From: Laetmonice hystrix | Taxonomy: Eukaryota | Length of the DNA: 64,000 bases | Reading direction: 5' to 3' | Assembly: GCA_965235115.1 (NCBI GenBank) | Contig: OZ249436.1 | Location: 13,888,001 to 13,952,000, forward strand | Shown: one piece after another, positions 26,941 through 40,445 of the stretch | How positions within the stretch are numbered: position 1 is the first letter of the stretch | Layout: each line of letters opens with the position of its first letter | The notes under the pieces: model-generated | What the model was told of the DNA's origin: nothing | Database searches by the model: none | What the model saw: the letters and a program-made list of their open reading frames with translations, nothing else | Translations under genes and position numbers: made by a program

Positions 26941-27573
26941 GTAAGTGCTCCTCCTTGTTTTGTTTCATAAACGAACAGAGTGAAGAGCCTGGTTTACTAC
27001 GGCGTCGCATTGCTTGTCATTTTCTCTCGTGTTCTTTTAACAAATTCTTAAATCCCAGAAGAGAATGCATTGTTCAAAAGGGATAAATCGATATTTTTCA
27101 CTCGGCGTCCATTTAAAGTGTTTTGCGGTTACAGAGTCGGAAGAAGTTATCGAACACTTTAAGACGAATGCCGTCTCGGTATATATAAAGTGTGTTACTT
27201 GTCAGATAATGCTCCCTCACACGTCTTACACGAGTACACACAGATGAAAACATTCCCATACGTAACATGGCGTCCATGCAGGGAACTGCATGCGAGTATA
27301 CAAACAATATGTTAACGTCCTCTGTTACTCCTTCCGGTCTATTTCTACCATCGACCTACTCCAGTGATCTAAGTAAACGCTTTGGTCCGTCTAGACGTAT
27401 CTGTGCGAGTGTGCATACAAGAAAACCCCTGGTCATTTTTGTAATAAGAGCGAGGGATTGTCTCCCGGTGGCAGTTTTCTTTCTACCGTTGTACCTACCA
27501 CGGCAACCTGGGACTCAGGAAATAAGTCCCACCTAGTCTATGGGACCAATAAGTTCGATCTTACCACACCTGT

Positions 27574-27857
27574 CAGTGACGTATCCAGGAGGGGGGGGGG
27601 CTCCAAGTATTCCGGACCCCCTCCCCCTTTAAAGAAATTACTATATTAAGGAAATTTTTGGTAAAACAGGAGTGTAAAAAGTGCATTATTTTAACAAAAG
27701 GAAATCTTCATATTTCCAAACAAGACGTTCTGAGATTGCATTATTTGATGTCTTTTTTTATAAATCTCCCAGAGGAGCTGGCATAAGGCCATCTCTGAAG
27801 TACCGGGGGTACCTAAACTATGAACACCCCCTTAACCAATTTCTGGATATGCCCCTA
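27574..27857 (-). mobile_element. MITE family A, copy 2 (inverted relative to copy 1)
   Basis: Termini CAGTGACGTATCCAG / CTGGATATGCCCCTA. Its reverse complement aligns to 21904-22161 with long exact blocks, e.g. ACTTTTTACACTCCTGTTTTACCAAAAAT. Confidence 0.85.
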
Positions 27858-30800
27858 CCCCTACCTGTTTGCTTTTGGAAATGAAAATAGTTCGAAGAGA
27901 AAGAAACCCCATAGCCCCCCCCCCTCATCCATATCGATGGTGCAGCACTAATACTCAAACCTAGCGAAAGGTTGCCCCATACATTGGCCCGACTCCTCAT
28001 CGACGCATACTAGGACAAAATGGGGCGGTAACATCATGTATCAGTGGATCAGAGTTTTCAGAAGGATTCCATTTATTATATTAAGTTCAAGTTTTATCTC
28101 AGAATGCGTTTGGACGATACTTTGAAGGTGTTCCATCTACCATGTTACTCGTATTACTCAAACCTTTGATGTCCTGTTTTGGGGCTACGAGAAGCCAGCA
28201 TCGTACATGAAAGGTTACTTTTTAAAAATCAGCTCCCTTATTTGCAAATATGATTGATGATAATAACCTGTAAAAATGCTTCCCGTAATGCAAGGTAAAT
28301 TCACTTCATTTTATTGGTCATTGCATTAACAGTCAAAAATAGTAAAGTGGATATAGCCATCATTTCAGTACCGATATACATGTACAATGTTTGTTGTTTG
28401 GGGTCGAAGTCCGATGTCAATTGTCAGCCAGTCAATGTAGTCTGATGGAATCCTTCGGAAATCTCTCTCGGTCAAGTAAGCGCATGGTGCATTGAGGAAC
28501 AAGAGTCCATAATATTGCCGAGCTCAGTGGCCCGTTCAGTCGATGGCGGAGTTTGACTAGTGAGTAATGACAGTCGGCCCCGGGCTTCTACTCTGAAGAG
28601 AATCCGGTCAGCATATCAAGTACAACCGCTTGCAGCCTAGATCAAAATCGGATCACGTCAGAATAGCAAGATAATCCACAATGATGCCATGGTACATTCA
28701 CGTACATTAAGTTACGTTTGACTGCAGTCTGGATTATGTCAACCCATTTGTAGAAGTGCATGAATGGGGTCTGGCGCTGTTTTGTCTTCCACACGAATTT
28801 CCGTGTAAGCACACTCATTCTGTATGTATATCGGATAGCTGGCGGTTCTTGGCAGCCAATGGCCAAGGTTGTTGTAAGGTTTCAGATTAAACCTGCCAGT
28901 TATCAACTGTCACACGGCCCGAGTATTAGCTTTGTAACCGCGAGGACGTGAGCGGTTACAGTCAAAGTAATGTTTGCACCGACCTTTTAGACTGAGGAGA
29001 TGTGTACTGTGTAGACGTGTACCTCCTGATGTTGGAAGGTTTTCTCAGTTGTCATCCAAGTCAAATAGACATACAAGTGAGTCACAGCAATACGGCACAG
29101 TCTGGGGGCCAAAAACGGAATACAACTTGTATGCTGGTCCATTAGAGGCATTCATTTTTTTATACGTTTTCTAGATTTTGTACTAATTTTATCAATTGTT
29201 ATCCCTGCATTAGATCGTCGTCTGTATCATGGAGGAGAAAAAGGAGAAAAAAACACCTGACAGGACAAAGCAGAAAGGTTTTCAGTGAAGAAAAATGTTA
29301 TCAAATCCATAGTCTAAGCGATTTCTGCAAAACTCTGAAAACGTAATAAATGTGCCTAAGGTTTTCTACCTCGCCACCTTGTCATGTTGTGAGGGTTGAC
29401 GTTGGTAGATTTTGCTATGGAGACACGTTCACGTCCGGTTTCCTCGTTCGTAAAGCGCCGATTGAATACGAGAGTGTGTCTATCCCACAATGCCAAATAT
29501 AGCGTGTCATTATTCGGTCAATGGCTTTACAAGAGTGATAAATAGACGTAATATGTATCTTTATTACGTCTTTACTTTGCCATTAGTGAACATGTTCAGT
29601 AAAGTTCTCAAGGGCAGATTGAAGGTCAGATTTGTCAGAATAAACAATATAAACCTCGTCTTACCTGTCATGGAGTAAAATTGGCATGTCATTTAGCAGC
29701 AGACTTGTGACAGTGATAATTTCCCACTGGTGGTATGAATGCTTGCCAACCATCAACAAACTCCGTTCTACCCGATGAAAACGGTTAGTTATTTATACTG
29801 CGTCTTTTTAAGAGAATTCGTTTAATTCCAGCATTATAATTAATCTCGGTTTCGAGATTTGCATTCTAATAGGCCTAAGGATATGCGGCCTGAATGGAGT
29901 AAACGTGTAGGCGCACATAGAGGCAGAATTTGTCAGCAACGTCGGCCTCAGGCGTATGGACTTTCAGAAAATTCCCCGTAGAAACATGTTTGGAGAAGTA
30001 GATTGTGGCATTATTTTAAGGCACGTTTGATCGGAACGATTGGGTGTGCATTATGTTTGTGTAACCATCCGAACACTGAGAGTAGGACACGATACACAAC
30101 CAGCCTAGCCTGACATTACTAGCACCTGATTCCATTGATGCTTGTAGATATTCTGTTTTATAGCATTTGACCAAATGCGATTGTCCTCGTGCATTTATTA
30201 AGACCTATTTTGCTGGATAGAAATATAGGACTTGAAAACTTTGAAAACGGATACAATGAATGGTAAAACCTAACGGGGGTAAAATCAATCCATGCGCCTT
30301 TGACTTTCGTAAAGTCAGAGAAAGAAAAACTGGCTCATTATATCGGTGTTATCCCGTCCATTGAAGCTTCCTTGGAAGAAATTGAGGCACTCGAATTTTC
30401 TCAGGCGGACATCATTGTAAGACAGGTTCCCCTGACTGGCAAGCATTAATTTATCATCCATCGTTTCAATTTGTATTGGTTGCCCCTTCTCTATAATAGT
30501 ATACCTCATCAAGCCGTTTCCTAATATATCACACGTTACATCTGAATGACCCAACAAAGAGGTTTGGAACTTGAAGAGCCCACTTTCGTGTCATATATTC
30601 TGTCAAACTACATGTGTATTACGGATGCCATATTACCGCGGTGGAGTTCCACTGGCTTCACAATGTGGCCAGATATCGGTCATGAATATACCGTATTCTA
30701 CCTCTTGCACTACTTGCTGGAGACTGCACATTGCACGGTATACAAACGTAGAATCATTGTGATTGTACCCTCAGGGAACAGTTCCGGATGGAATGACCCC

Positions 30801-31898
30801 AAGGCAGTTCTATAAACGCCGCTTGCTTCCGTTGTTCCCGAGGAGAAAGGAGGTCAAATGATGTAACCGACAAAGTAGGGAGAATTCCATCAAAGCTGTT
30901 CCAATGTTCTGCCACGAAGGCGGGATAGGAAGAGCTCGATTATTGGCGTTCACCACTAACATAAACCTTCCGGAAGAAAACCACCGACGTTGTATACTCT
31001 GTCAACAAAGATTGGGGATATGGCAGCGCTTACCACGGCAGCATTGGTCGTCAGCGTCTGATGGTTGATGTAAGTTGTCAATAAAGTTCTATGGCCATAT
31101 TGAACGCTCATATAGCCCATGTTCTTATCGCCAATCTCTCGAATTGAAGATATACAGGAAACTCACGATAGAGAGAATTCATCTGAGACCTGGCAACTGA
31201 AAAAAAACGGCCTTGACAAATCTAATACTGCATTAAGTGAATGAGCGGGTCGTCAAATGTTTTTTCTTGTACCATAAGCAGTATTGTGCTCATTCGTTAG
31301 TCTGTAGGTAGAGCAATTTCTGCTCATTACTGTAATTCCTATAGGTCTCCTACAATGTAGCAGCCTATAATTAACTGGTATATGTTAATCTGTTAGCTTA
31401 CGATCATTCAAGTGTTCTCATGACGATTATGTAAGTTTTTTTCAGTCCTAACATGGTGCAGTGAGATTATTAGATGGAATTATTAGAGCGATTAATGAGT
31501 TGAATTCTTGCTGTATCGTACTGCGACTTATATCGTCCGAGTGGGCCGTATGTTACAACAGTCGTTTATCTCTTGTCCACTCGTGTACATATACTGGCAG
31601 CGTAAACAGTCCTTCGTTTACCTCCGACCAGTGTGTGTTTCCGTCGGGCCTACTCCATCACAGTTCCTTTCACAGGAACGTGAGGCGACATTGTCTTCTG
31701 GAACTAATTCACTTTTTATGGTGGGTCTCGGTGTGGGATATCCATGATTCAGATATATCGGCGTAACGATCGTCATATGTTTTATTGAAAACAAACACTT
31801 TTGATTGAGGGCAGATAGTTTACAAGATGGAAGGTGATTGTTCCTCAAAAGTTGTTCACTCTCGTATCACACGACCCGACTCGTATACGGTCGGGTTC

Positions 31899-32430
31899 TT
31901 ATGAAACAGCACCAGCGATTGGTAGGACTAAATCTGACTGAATGCGCCAGCGATTGGTAGGACTAAATCTGACTGAATGCGCATTTATGAAACAGTACCA
32001 GCGATTGGTAGGACTAAATCTGACTGAATGCGCACTTATGAAACAGTACCAGCGATTGGTAGGACTAAATCTGACTGAATGCGTACTTATGAAACAGTAC
32101 CAGCGATTGGTAGGACTAAATCTGACTGAATGCGCCAGCGATTGGTAGGACTAAATCTGACTGAATGCGCACTTATGAAACAGTACCAGCGATTGGTAGG
32201 ACTAAATCTGACTGAATGCGCACTTATGAAACAGTACCAGCGATTGGTAGGACTAAATCTGACTGAATGCGCACTTATGAAACAGTACCAGCGATTGGTA
32301 GGACTAAATCTGACTGAATGCGCACTTATGAAACAGCACCAGCGATTGGTAGGGCTAAATCTGACTGAATGCGCACTTATGAAACAGTACCAGCGATTGG
32401 TAGGACTAAATCTGACTGAATGCGTACTTA
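31899..32430. repeat. Minisatellite, 51-bp unit with two shortened units
   Basis: Unit TTATGAAACAGTACCAGCGATTGGTAGGACTAAATCTGACTGAATGCGCAC. Confidence 0.95.
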
Positions 32431-33705
32431 GAAAGTTTGGCCACTGTATCCCTGTCCTATGAATCCTACTGTCAAAGTTGAATAAAAGTACTAATAATTG
32501 CCAAATGTCACCGAAAAGTTGCAATATGTTGCTATGTGTCCAGAACATAGGGTTCGCGTTGGGGCCTGACTGATAGCAAAGATTTAACCGCCCTGTGGGC
32601 GCGCCATATTAGATCATATTGGCGTGTACGGGTCTAGATCCAATTTAACAGCGGGGTATTAAGCATGACCGAATTCGTCACGTAGTAGGCAAACAACAAG
32701 TGACGCTGTAGGGTCCGGGCGCCATGTTAAAATCAATGGTAAGTGGACGTTGTGGCCAGCCGTTGATGCCGCCACGTCATCCGTATGACCTGTCGTCAGG
32801 GCTTGCAACTCGGCGCGTCAGGCAAATGTTACTCTCTTTGTGGTGGGATGGGGCTGGCGGTAGAGTTGGAGCGGGTGAGGTCTTAGAGCCAACCGGCCGG
32901 GTCCATATACCCCGGGCATCGGCAGCTGCCTCTCGCCCTCACTCTGACCCGTCACCGTCCAAGTCCATCTGTCAAGACGCACGCTTATTGGCCCGTTATT
33001 GGCGAATATTGGCCCGGTGTCATGGCACGCATGGCGGAAAATGTCATTTGCCATGCGTCACGGCGCTCGCTGAAGTTGGGTGTGCAATTCTTCACACTTG
33101 TTATGTGGCGCTGGTCGATAGCCGGTCTCTACCCACCGAGATCACCCTCCGTTATCATCTATCCGTCCAGAAACGTTTCACAGAGGTCGTATAGGAATTC
33201 GATGGTGTTGTCAAGTAACGTGAAATTAGGATGGGCTTCCCATAACGGGATGCTCAAAGGTATTGAAAAGTTCGTATGAACATACTCACCCCACCCTACC
33301 CGTCTCCGGAGACATGGGCGTACGACTCATCGGCAAAATGATTACGAAAGATCAATTATTCTAAGGATATTGATATCAGAACTAGAGGCAGGAGTAGCAC
33401 GACACATTGCTTAGATTCCGTGCATGATTTTGAAGCGACATTCACACAATGACATTGTTGAGAAAGAATATCGGAAATCAGGGCCACAGTCTCTAATCAA
33501 CCCGACTCCGTCAGGGATTGTCATAAAGCCAGGTTAATTAAGAGTTAAGCTTCCACGTTCTTTCCCCTTAAAAATGGTTCAATGTGTGTTCAATCTATGG
33601 ACATAATCACTACATGTGACAATCAACTTACTTCATCGTTTTCAACGACGATATAAGCTGCTTCATTTTTGGGTGTCAAGTAAATGTGTTATTTGAGATT
33701 TAGAA

Positions 33706-34569
33706 ACCATAGTGTGACTGACATGGAAGGTATAATATACCATAGTGTGACTGACATTTAAGGTGTAATATACCATAGTGTGGTTGACATAGAAGGTATA
33801 ATATACCATAGTGTGACTGGCACGGAAGGTATAATATACATGTACCATAGTGTGACTGACATGGAAGGTATAATATACCATAGTGTGACTGACATTTAAG
33901 GTATAATATACCATAGTGTGGTTGACATAGAAGGTATAATATACCATAGTGTGACTGGCACGGAAGGTATAATATACATGTACCATAGTGTGACTGACAT
34001 GGAAGGTATAATATACCGTAGTGTGACTGACATGGAAGGTATACTATACCATAGTGTGACTGACATGGAAGATATAATATACCATAGTGTGACTGACATG
34101 GAAGGTATAATATACCATAGTGTGACTGACATGGAAGGTATAATATACATGTACCATAGTGTGACTGACATGGAAGGTATAATATACCATAGTGTGACTG
34201 ACATGGAAGATATAATATACCATAGTGTGACTGACATGGAAGGTATAATATACCATAGTGTGACTGACATGGAAGGTATAATATACATGTACCATAGTGT
34301 GACTGACATGGAAGGTATAATATACCGTAGTGTGACTCACATGGAAGGTATAATATACCATAGTGTGACTGACATGGAAGGTATAATATACCATAGTGTG
34401 ACTGACATGGAAGGTATAATATACCATAGTGTGACTGACATGGAAGGTATAATATACTGTAGTGTGACTCACATGGAAGGTATAATATAGCATAGTGTGA
34501 CTGACATGGAAGGTATAATATACCGTAGTGTGACTGACATGGAAGGTATAATATACCATAGTGTGACTG
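33706..34569. repeat. Minisatellite, 33-bp unit (39-bp variant), ~25 copies
   Basis: Unit ACCATAGTGTGACTGACATGGAAGGTATAATAT; four units carry an extra CATGTA. Confidence 0.95.
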
Positions 34570-36671
34570 CCTTAACATGTCACCTTTCTGCAATCATGAT
34601 TTTCTCCGAGCCCACATCTGACACAATATGACCTTTGTTCCTGACAAACTTTCCCCGTCAAAGCGTTAGTAGTATATGGAATAGCGCGTTTGGAGCAGGC
34701 ACCTGAGACATATAAATTTAGATGGAGACCAGCAATGCTCATCGAAAGGAGAGTTGCGGAGGTTTTCAGAATGTCATAATATGTTTTTACCCAAGAAAAT
34801 ATATATTTTACTTTGGGAATTCGACGTAGATGTTTCATCGACGTATACAATCACTATCATTTAGTAATCCCAACGCTCCTGCCGTCCACATCAATCCTTG
34901 CTCTAACCATACCGCAGCTCTGACAGCGCTGCTCCCCTGCTTAATGCTATTTCCCATTTTTTCCATCTTCAAAACAGTTGGTTTATTTGTGATTGCTTTA
35001 TCAAAAAGTTAGCAAAAATATGTTCACTTTGGCTGGGGGGAAATACACAGATAAGCAGCTCTAAGTCGTCTATAGAAAAACGTTAATCATGATAGAAAAC
35101 GTTTCCTGGATTTTAAAAAAGACTTCAATGTATCCTTTAACCCGAAATTGATCGATCCCCTCTGAGATCCAACATGCCAAGCGGCTGTTCACGACCGGCC
35201 ATCAGTCTTCCCTCCTCCGTCTCCCCAGAACCTGCCTCATTTTACGGTCACTTTTTCATTCATGAACGCATCCAGTGAGGACGATGCCTGACACCACGCG
35301 CGCCTGGCCGCCTCAAACTCTAAGTGTGGATCTCTTTAGCTATTAATGTCGGCCGAGATCAAGGCATATTGAAAACCGAGACGGGTGTCCAGGAGGAGGA
35401 GGCCGAGTTTCCTTACATCTGGTCTGGCCAGCTGGTATGTGCTGGAACTATCCGACCAGTGTAACCAGTTACAGCGACCAGTGTAACCAGTTACCAGCGA
35501 AAAATGGAAAGTCAGGAACCTGCAGAAAACATCGTGAAAGGAAACGGATGCTTTTGGAGATAAAATTATCGTTTAGCTTTCTATTATTTTAGAATACGAT
35601 CCAAAAGTGTGTGTCCTAATTGCCACATATCCCGAAAGAAATCATGTAGATTGAATGATTCTGAAAATTTCTGGAATATGCAAGAAGAACATAAGCTACA
35701 TCAACAATAGCTCGCCCTAAAAATTCCCACCTATGCTCTGGATCATTTTTTGTTAATTCGAGCTGATAAAGGCACGTACCTGATTTACCTGAGCGATGGA
35801 TGAAACAGAACAAACCGCGCTCAAATGTACTTTCTCATGTGAAGCAGTTTCTACTGAGGACCACATCATAAAACTAATAGAAGAATCGCTATTAAAAGGT
35901 TTAAACAACCAGTCTTTTTATTGTATGTAAAGGTTACAATAGAGATTCTGAGATTCATTTCGCATCATTAACAGAACCCTTCTCATAGCTCATTATCTAT
36001 AGGGGCGGTCACAAAGGTACTTTCAACTTTTTTATTTTTTATTTCCTTCTTTTTCAACAGCAAGACAGCTTGATTTTCAGTGCACTCAATCTGCATTCGT
36101 CTGGCAATCATGGGTCTCAGATATTCTATATAAGGGTAATTTTATTTAATTATTTATGCTATATAGATTCTAAGTCTATACTTCTTGTTGGCAGCCCGCC
36201 AGCGTGTCATGTTCTCAGGACAAAGTTCTCAGCGGTATGCCTAAAGACCACCCTATCTGGGGCCGGTCTCGACATTTCTGAGGGTCCTTCATTAGAAAAG
36301 TAGCCAGGTCTAATTTGAATAATAGTAGCCGGCTATTGATTATACAAGTGTCTGCTACTTCTCGAGAAGAGTGCGGTGAAGCAAACAGCCGGGTGTAGAG
36401 AGTGTGGAGTTAGGACGGGGTTGTTGGCGGGCGTGGTCTGGACGGGCTTGGTGGTGATGTATCACAAGGCAGGTCAATTGGCCTCATTGCTTGTCCTGAC
36501 TCCTGACAGACCAACACAAACACATCACCCGACAGCCACCTCTGGGAAATAAAGTTTCCACACGAATTCCCCGCAAACGCGGTCTTTGCGGTCCGTTCTA
36601 TAGTAGGCTGGCCTGCATGGCCTCTGCCGTCCCCAAACCTTAATCAGAAATTCAGGATATGAGGCCATAGT

Positions 36672-37404
36672 ACACGTATGGTGATGGTTGTAGTCGTCAA
36701 GGGGCAGAAACTGGGAGACACGTATGGTGATGGTTGTAGTCTTCAAGGGGCAGAAACCGGGAGACACTTCTGGTGATGGTTGTAGTCTTCAAGGGGCAGA
36801 AACTGGGAGACACGTATGGTGATGGTTGTAGTCTTCAAGGGGCAGAAACTGGGAGACACGTATGGTGATGGTTGTAGTCTTCAAGGGGCAGAAACTGGGA
36901 GACACGTATGGTGATGGTTGTAGTCTTCAAGGGGCAGAAACTGGGAGACACTTCTGGTGATGGTTGTAGTCTTCAAGGGGCAGAAACTGGGAGACACTTC
37001 TGGTGATAGTTGTAGTCTTCAAGGGGCAGAAACTGGGAGACACGTATGGTGATGGTTGTAGTCTTCAAGGGGCAGAAACTGGGAGACACGTATGGTGATG
37101 GTTGTAGTCTTCAAGGGGCAGAAACTGGGAGACACGTATGGTGATGGTTGTAGTCTTCAAGGAGCAGAAACTGGGAGACACGTATGGTGATGGTTGTAGT
37201 CTTCAAGGGGCAGAAACTGGGAGACACGTATGGTGATGGTTGTAGTCTTCAAGGGGCAGAAACTGGGAGACACGTATGGTGATGGTTGTAGTCTTTAAGG
37301 GGCAGAAACTGGGAGACACGTATGGTGATGGTTGTAGTCTTCAAGGGGCAGAAACTGGGAGACACGTATGGTGATGGTTGTAGTCTTCAAGGGGCAGAAA
37401 CTGG
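36672..37404. repeat. Minisatellite, 46-bp unit, ~16 copies
   Basis: Unit GGGAGACACGTATGGTGATGGTTGTAGTCTTCAAGGGGCAGAAACT. Confidence 0.95.
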
Positions 37405-40347
37405 AAGAAACAATAATTGACTGTGCTGTAACCCTTCTACCATGCTTGTGACTTGTCTTTGCCAATTTATCACTTGGGCTCTGTATCTTGTATTGATAAT
37501 AATAATAATATGAGAAAAAATACTGCAATACGTGATTGATGATAACCCTACCGACTGTAGATTCTGCCCCAGGCAGTTAAATAAATGAGAAGTTAGATTA
37601 ATGCCAAGTTTTATCTCCGTCTGTTATATGTCGGTGGGTTTCTCTAGTCATACCAATGTTTTTGACTTAGAAGAACTTGACTTGAGAAGCTACCATAGTC
37701 TCCGTCGTGTATGACAACCCTTACCCACCATGTTGCCCACGTGACAGCTGATAAAGACCTGTGATTGGCTTAGTTATCATGGATCCCGTGAGAGGCGTGA
37801 GACGAAGAACTCTCTGTCAGGACCGCCGTCGTGGGTCGCAGGTGAAATACGTCCAGTTCAATTACACATGTCTACACGTGTCTGATCCCAGCAAGAGTAT
37901 ACTGGCAACCAGGCGGAGAGACGGTTAAATAAGCCAGTCTCACATTGCCTGTCTCATGTCGTCATCACGTGTTCTCCGAGTGCAGTGTTCCTCCTCCATT
38001 CTACACTTAGAGTTCTTGGGAAAATGGACCGAATAGGGTAGGGTGGGATGAGTCTATCTGAATTCTTAGTTGATAATGGTAAAAGTCGGGGACTGTTGAT
38101 TATCGAAATCCTCCCTTTACGTCATGGCAGTATAAAAAATACAATACACGCCATTAGTTGTAGGTTTCGATATCTAATGCAATCAGATTGCCTCCTCATC
38201 CTGGTCGAGTGAGAAAAGAGAGTTCATTAGAGTTCAGGACACGTTCAAGCGTTCGTTTTAATGAATATACTTGCGAACCAAACGTGTGAGATAATGTGAT
38301 ATACTGATTACCTTGCCTCTCCCTCCATCTCCACATGGCCCGCTGTGTCACGCACCCTTGGGACAGGGAAAGGGTTTTAGACGGCAATGTGTAGGTGACC
38401 CTGTCACAACTAAATTGTCTGCCTCTATAAATGGATGAGCAGTGAAGACTGCCATGCATGGCACCGAGTTTGAAATCTACCATCGGTGCCATTGAGTTCA
38501 ATTGATACGCAATGGTCGCCAGTTGAATATCATCATGCAAAGGAAATGTTTTGCTTTGCTTGCTTGAGCGGGAATGAAACTCCCCCAAAAACCCATTCGC
38601 CCACAATAACTTCCGCCGTTAGGGGGCGCTGCATGCCTGCCTCTGTGTCTCCACGTCTCCACGATATTCACGGCGTAGTGGTGGACCCTGAAAGGACCAG
38701 TGACAGGTTAAGCGGCCGTGTTAGTGACTGATCACGGCTTAATTAGCTTGGCACCAGAGTCAGGGCAAATACGGTACCTTTCTCGGCCGTGAAGCCTGCA
38801 ATATGACTTTTCAGCTCGGCGACTCATTGACATGAATATAGTCAGTAATCCCATGACAACCCACAGAATGTTCGAGCGTTCAAATAGGGCGTTGGTGCCC
38901 AAAGTAATGCATTGTGTGGGAAACCGGTTTGGAGCCCCACAGGGAGGGCATGCCGTCAGTAAAGGCGCGTCTTTTTATTTGGTGTGCCTTTGGTTCAGAT
39001 GACCGAACAGCTTGGCTCGGGTCGGCTGGATGCATTCTTGCCCTAGAAGAGATAGGGTTAAAGGAGAGTGTTGGCCAAACTATTGCGGTTGATGCCAAGG
39101 GGCGATGTTGGGAGCGTTGCGGGTTGAGTGAGCCCATGATGTGCATGTCGATGAAGACGGCACCCATTCACTAGTTGGATGAGTTCGGCATCATGTTTGT
39201 AGACCTGATCTGGGTCACCGAATCATTTCAAGACACAGCGTGGCTAGATTTAAAGCCAAGTTCTCACCGTTGTTTTGTTTTGGAGATAAACGTTCGCCAT
39301 TCTACGACCCGAAGGAACTCCATCACCTTTATCTTCTGTCCCCTGAAGACCTCAGATTGTTGAGGACTCCTCCTCTAGGCTTTGATAAAGAAGTCGTCAG
39401 GTTTGTGCGCTTCACGGTCTGTGAGCTCATCAAGTTGATATTTTCTTATCGAACCTGAGAATTTATCAGTAGGTGGCCATAGAAAGACACGATTACTGCT
39501 TTGTATAAGCCCGGTATTACTTTCTTCTATCTCATCTACTAGTTTGACTTTCTGAGCGCTGGCGTATATCCCAGGCCGTCCGACTGAAGCACGCAAGGCG
39601 TCATCCTTGTCGTAGCCTGTCTGGCACAACGAGCCCCGAAACGTGATATAATTACCGACATCAAAAGATACTCTCACCTAATCCCTAGATAACGTTTCTC
39701 TGCAAGCATTCCAATCACTCGAGCTCGATACGGGCTGGGTGTGCACGTAGACACGTGCTGTGGACGCTGGACGGGGTCCCGATCACGACCTGGTCGTCCA
39801 CAGTGACGTGGACCTTTCCTGATTTAATGAATGATGTTTGTCAATCAGACGAACAGAGCCAGCGGACGGTAAAAACGCGACGATGCGTTGGTTATTAATT
39901 GATCGTCAGGCGACACATCGAGGACACGCGGCCCTATGCAATATTAATATGATATGATGCAAAGACGCTTGTGGTATGGAATACCGAAACAGCACAGACA
40001 GGGAGGAGGAAAACTCCATGCTCAACACTGTTCTCAGCTCCAATCATCATGAGAGCCGCTTTAATTAGTAGCGCTACTTTCTCCCGCGTAATTTGAACTA
40101 ACATCAATAAGACAATCTTTTATATGCATGTGCTTTCCAATATATGACAATTGAATGCAATGAATTATATTTCTTGGTTGTTTCCTTTTCTTTGCGTGGA
40201 AGGCATGAGTCCTACGAGCGTTTCGAGTAAAACATCTACCAGCCCAATCACGTGAGGACTTTGAGTGTATAGTTGGAGAGTCAGTAGTATTTGGCCAAGG
40301 TGACGTTAGGATAGCTTCCTAACACCGCCTGCTTTATGTGCGCTGTA

Positions 40348-40445
40348 TGATGAAGAACGTTTGAGACAGCCGCCTGAAATGAGTCCAGTCCAGCAGCCTC
40401 TCCAGAACCCCGGCCAGTTCCTCGTCTACTCCAGGGGAATAGACG
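40348..40445 (-). mobile_element. Possible decayed CR1-clade LINE 3' end
   Basis: Minus-strand LFP...GEAAGLDSFQAAVSNVLH resembles the FFPRT..WN.LP..VVEA.SLDSFKAAV terminus of CR1 ORF2; by-eye similarity only. Confidence 0.35.

Noticed and set aside
33663-34593. Long ORFs (up to 297 aa) on both strands
   Set aside because: These follow from a 33/39-bp unit (a multiple of 3) lacking stops, not from coding evidence.
38914-39677. Possible LINE endonuclease/RT remnants (LDEF...DLIWVTE; VSFDV)
   Set aside because: The motifs lie on opposite strands and are too short to distinguish from chance without a profile search.
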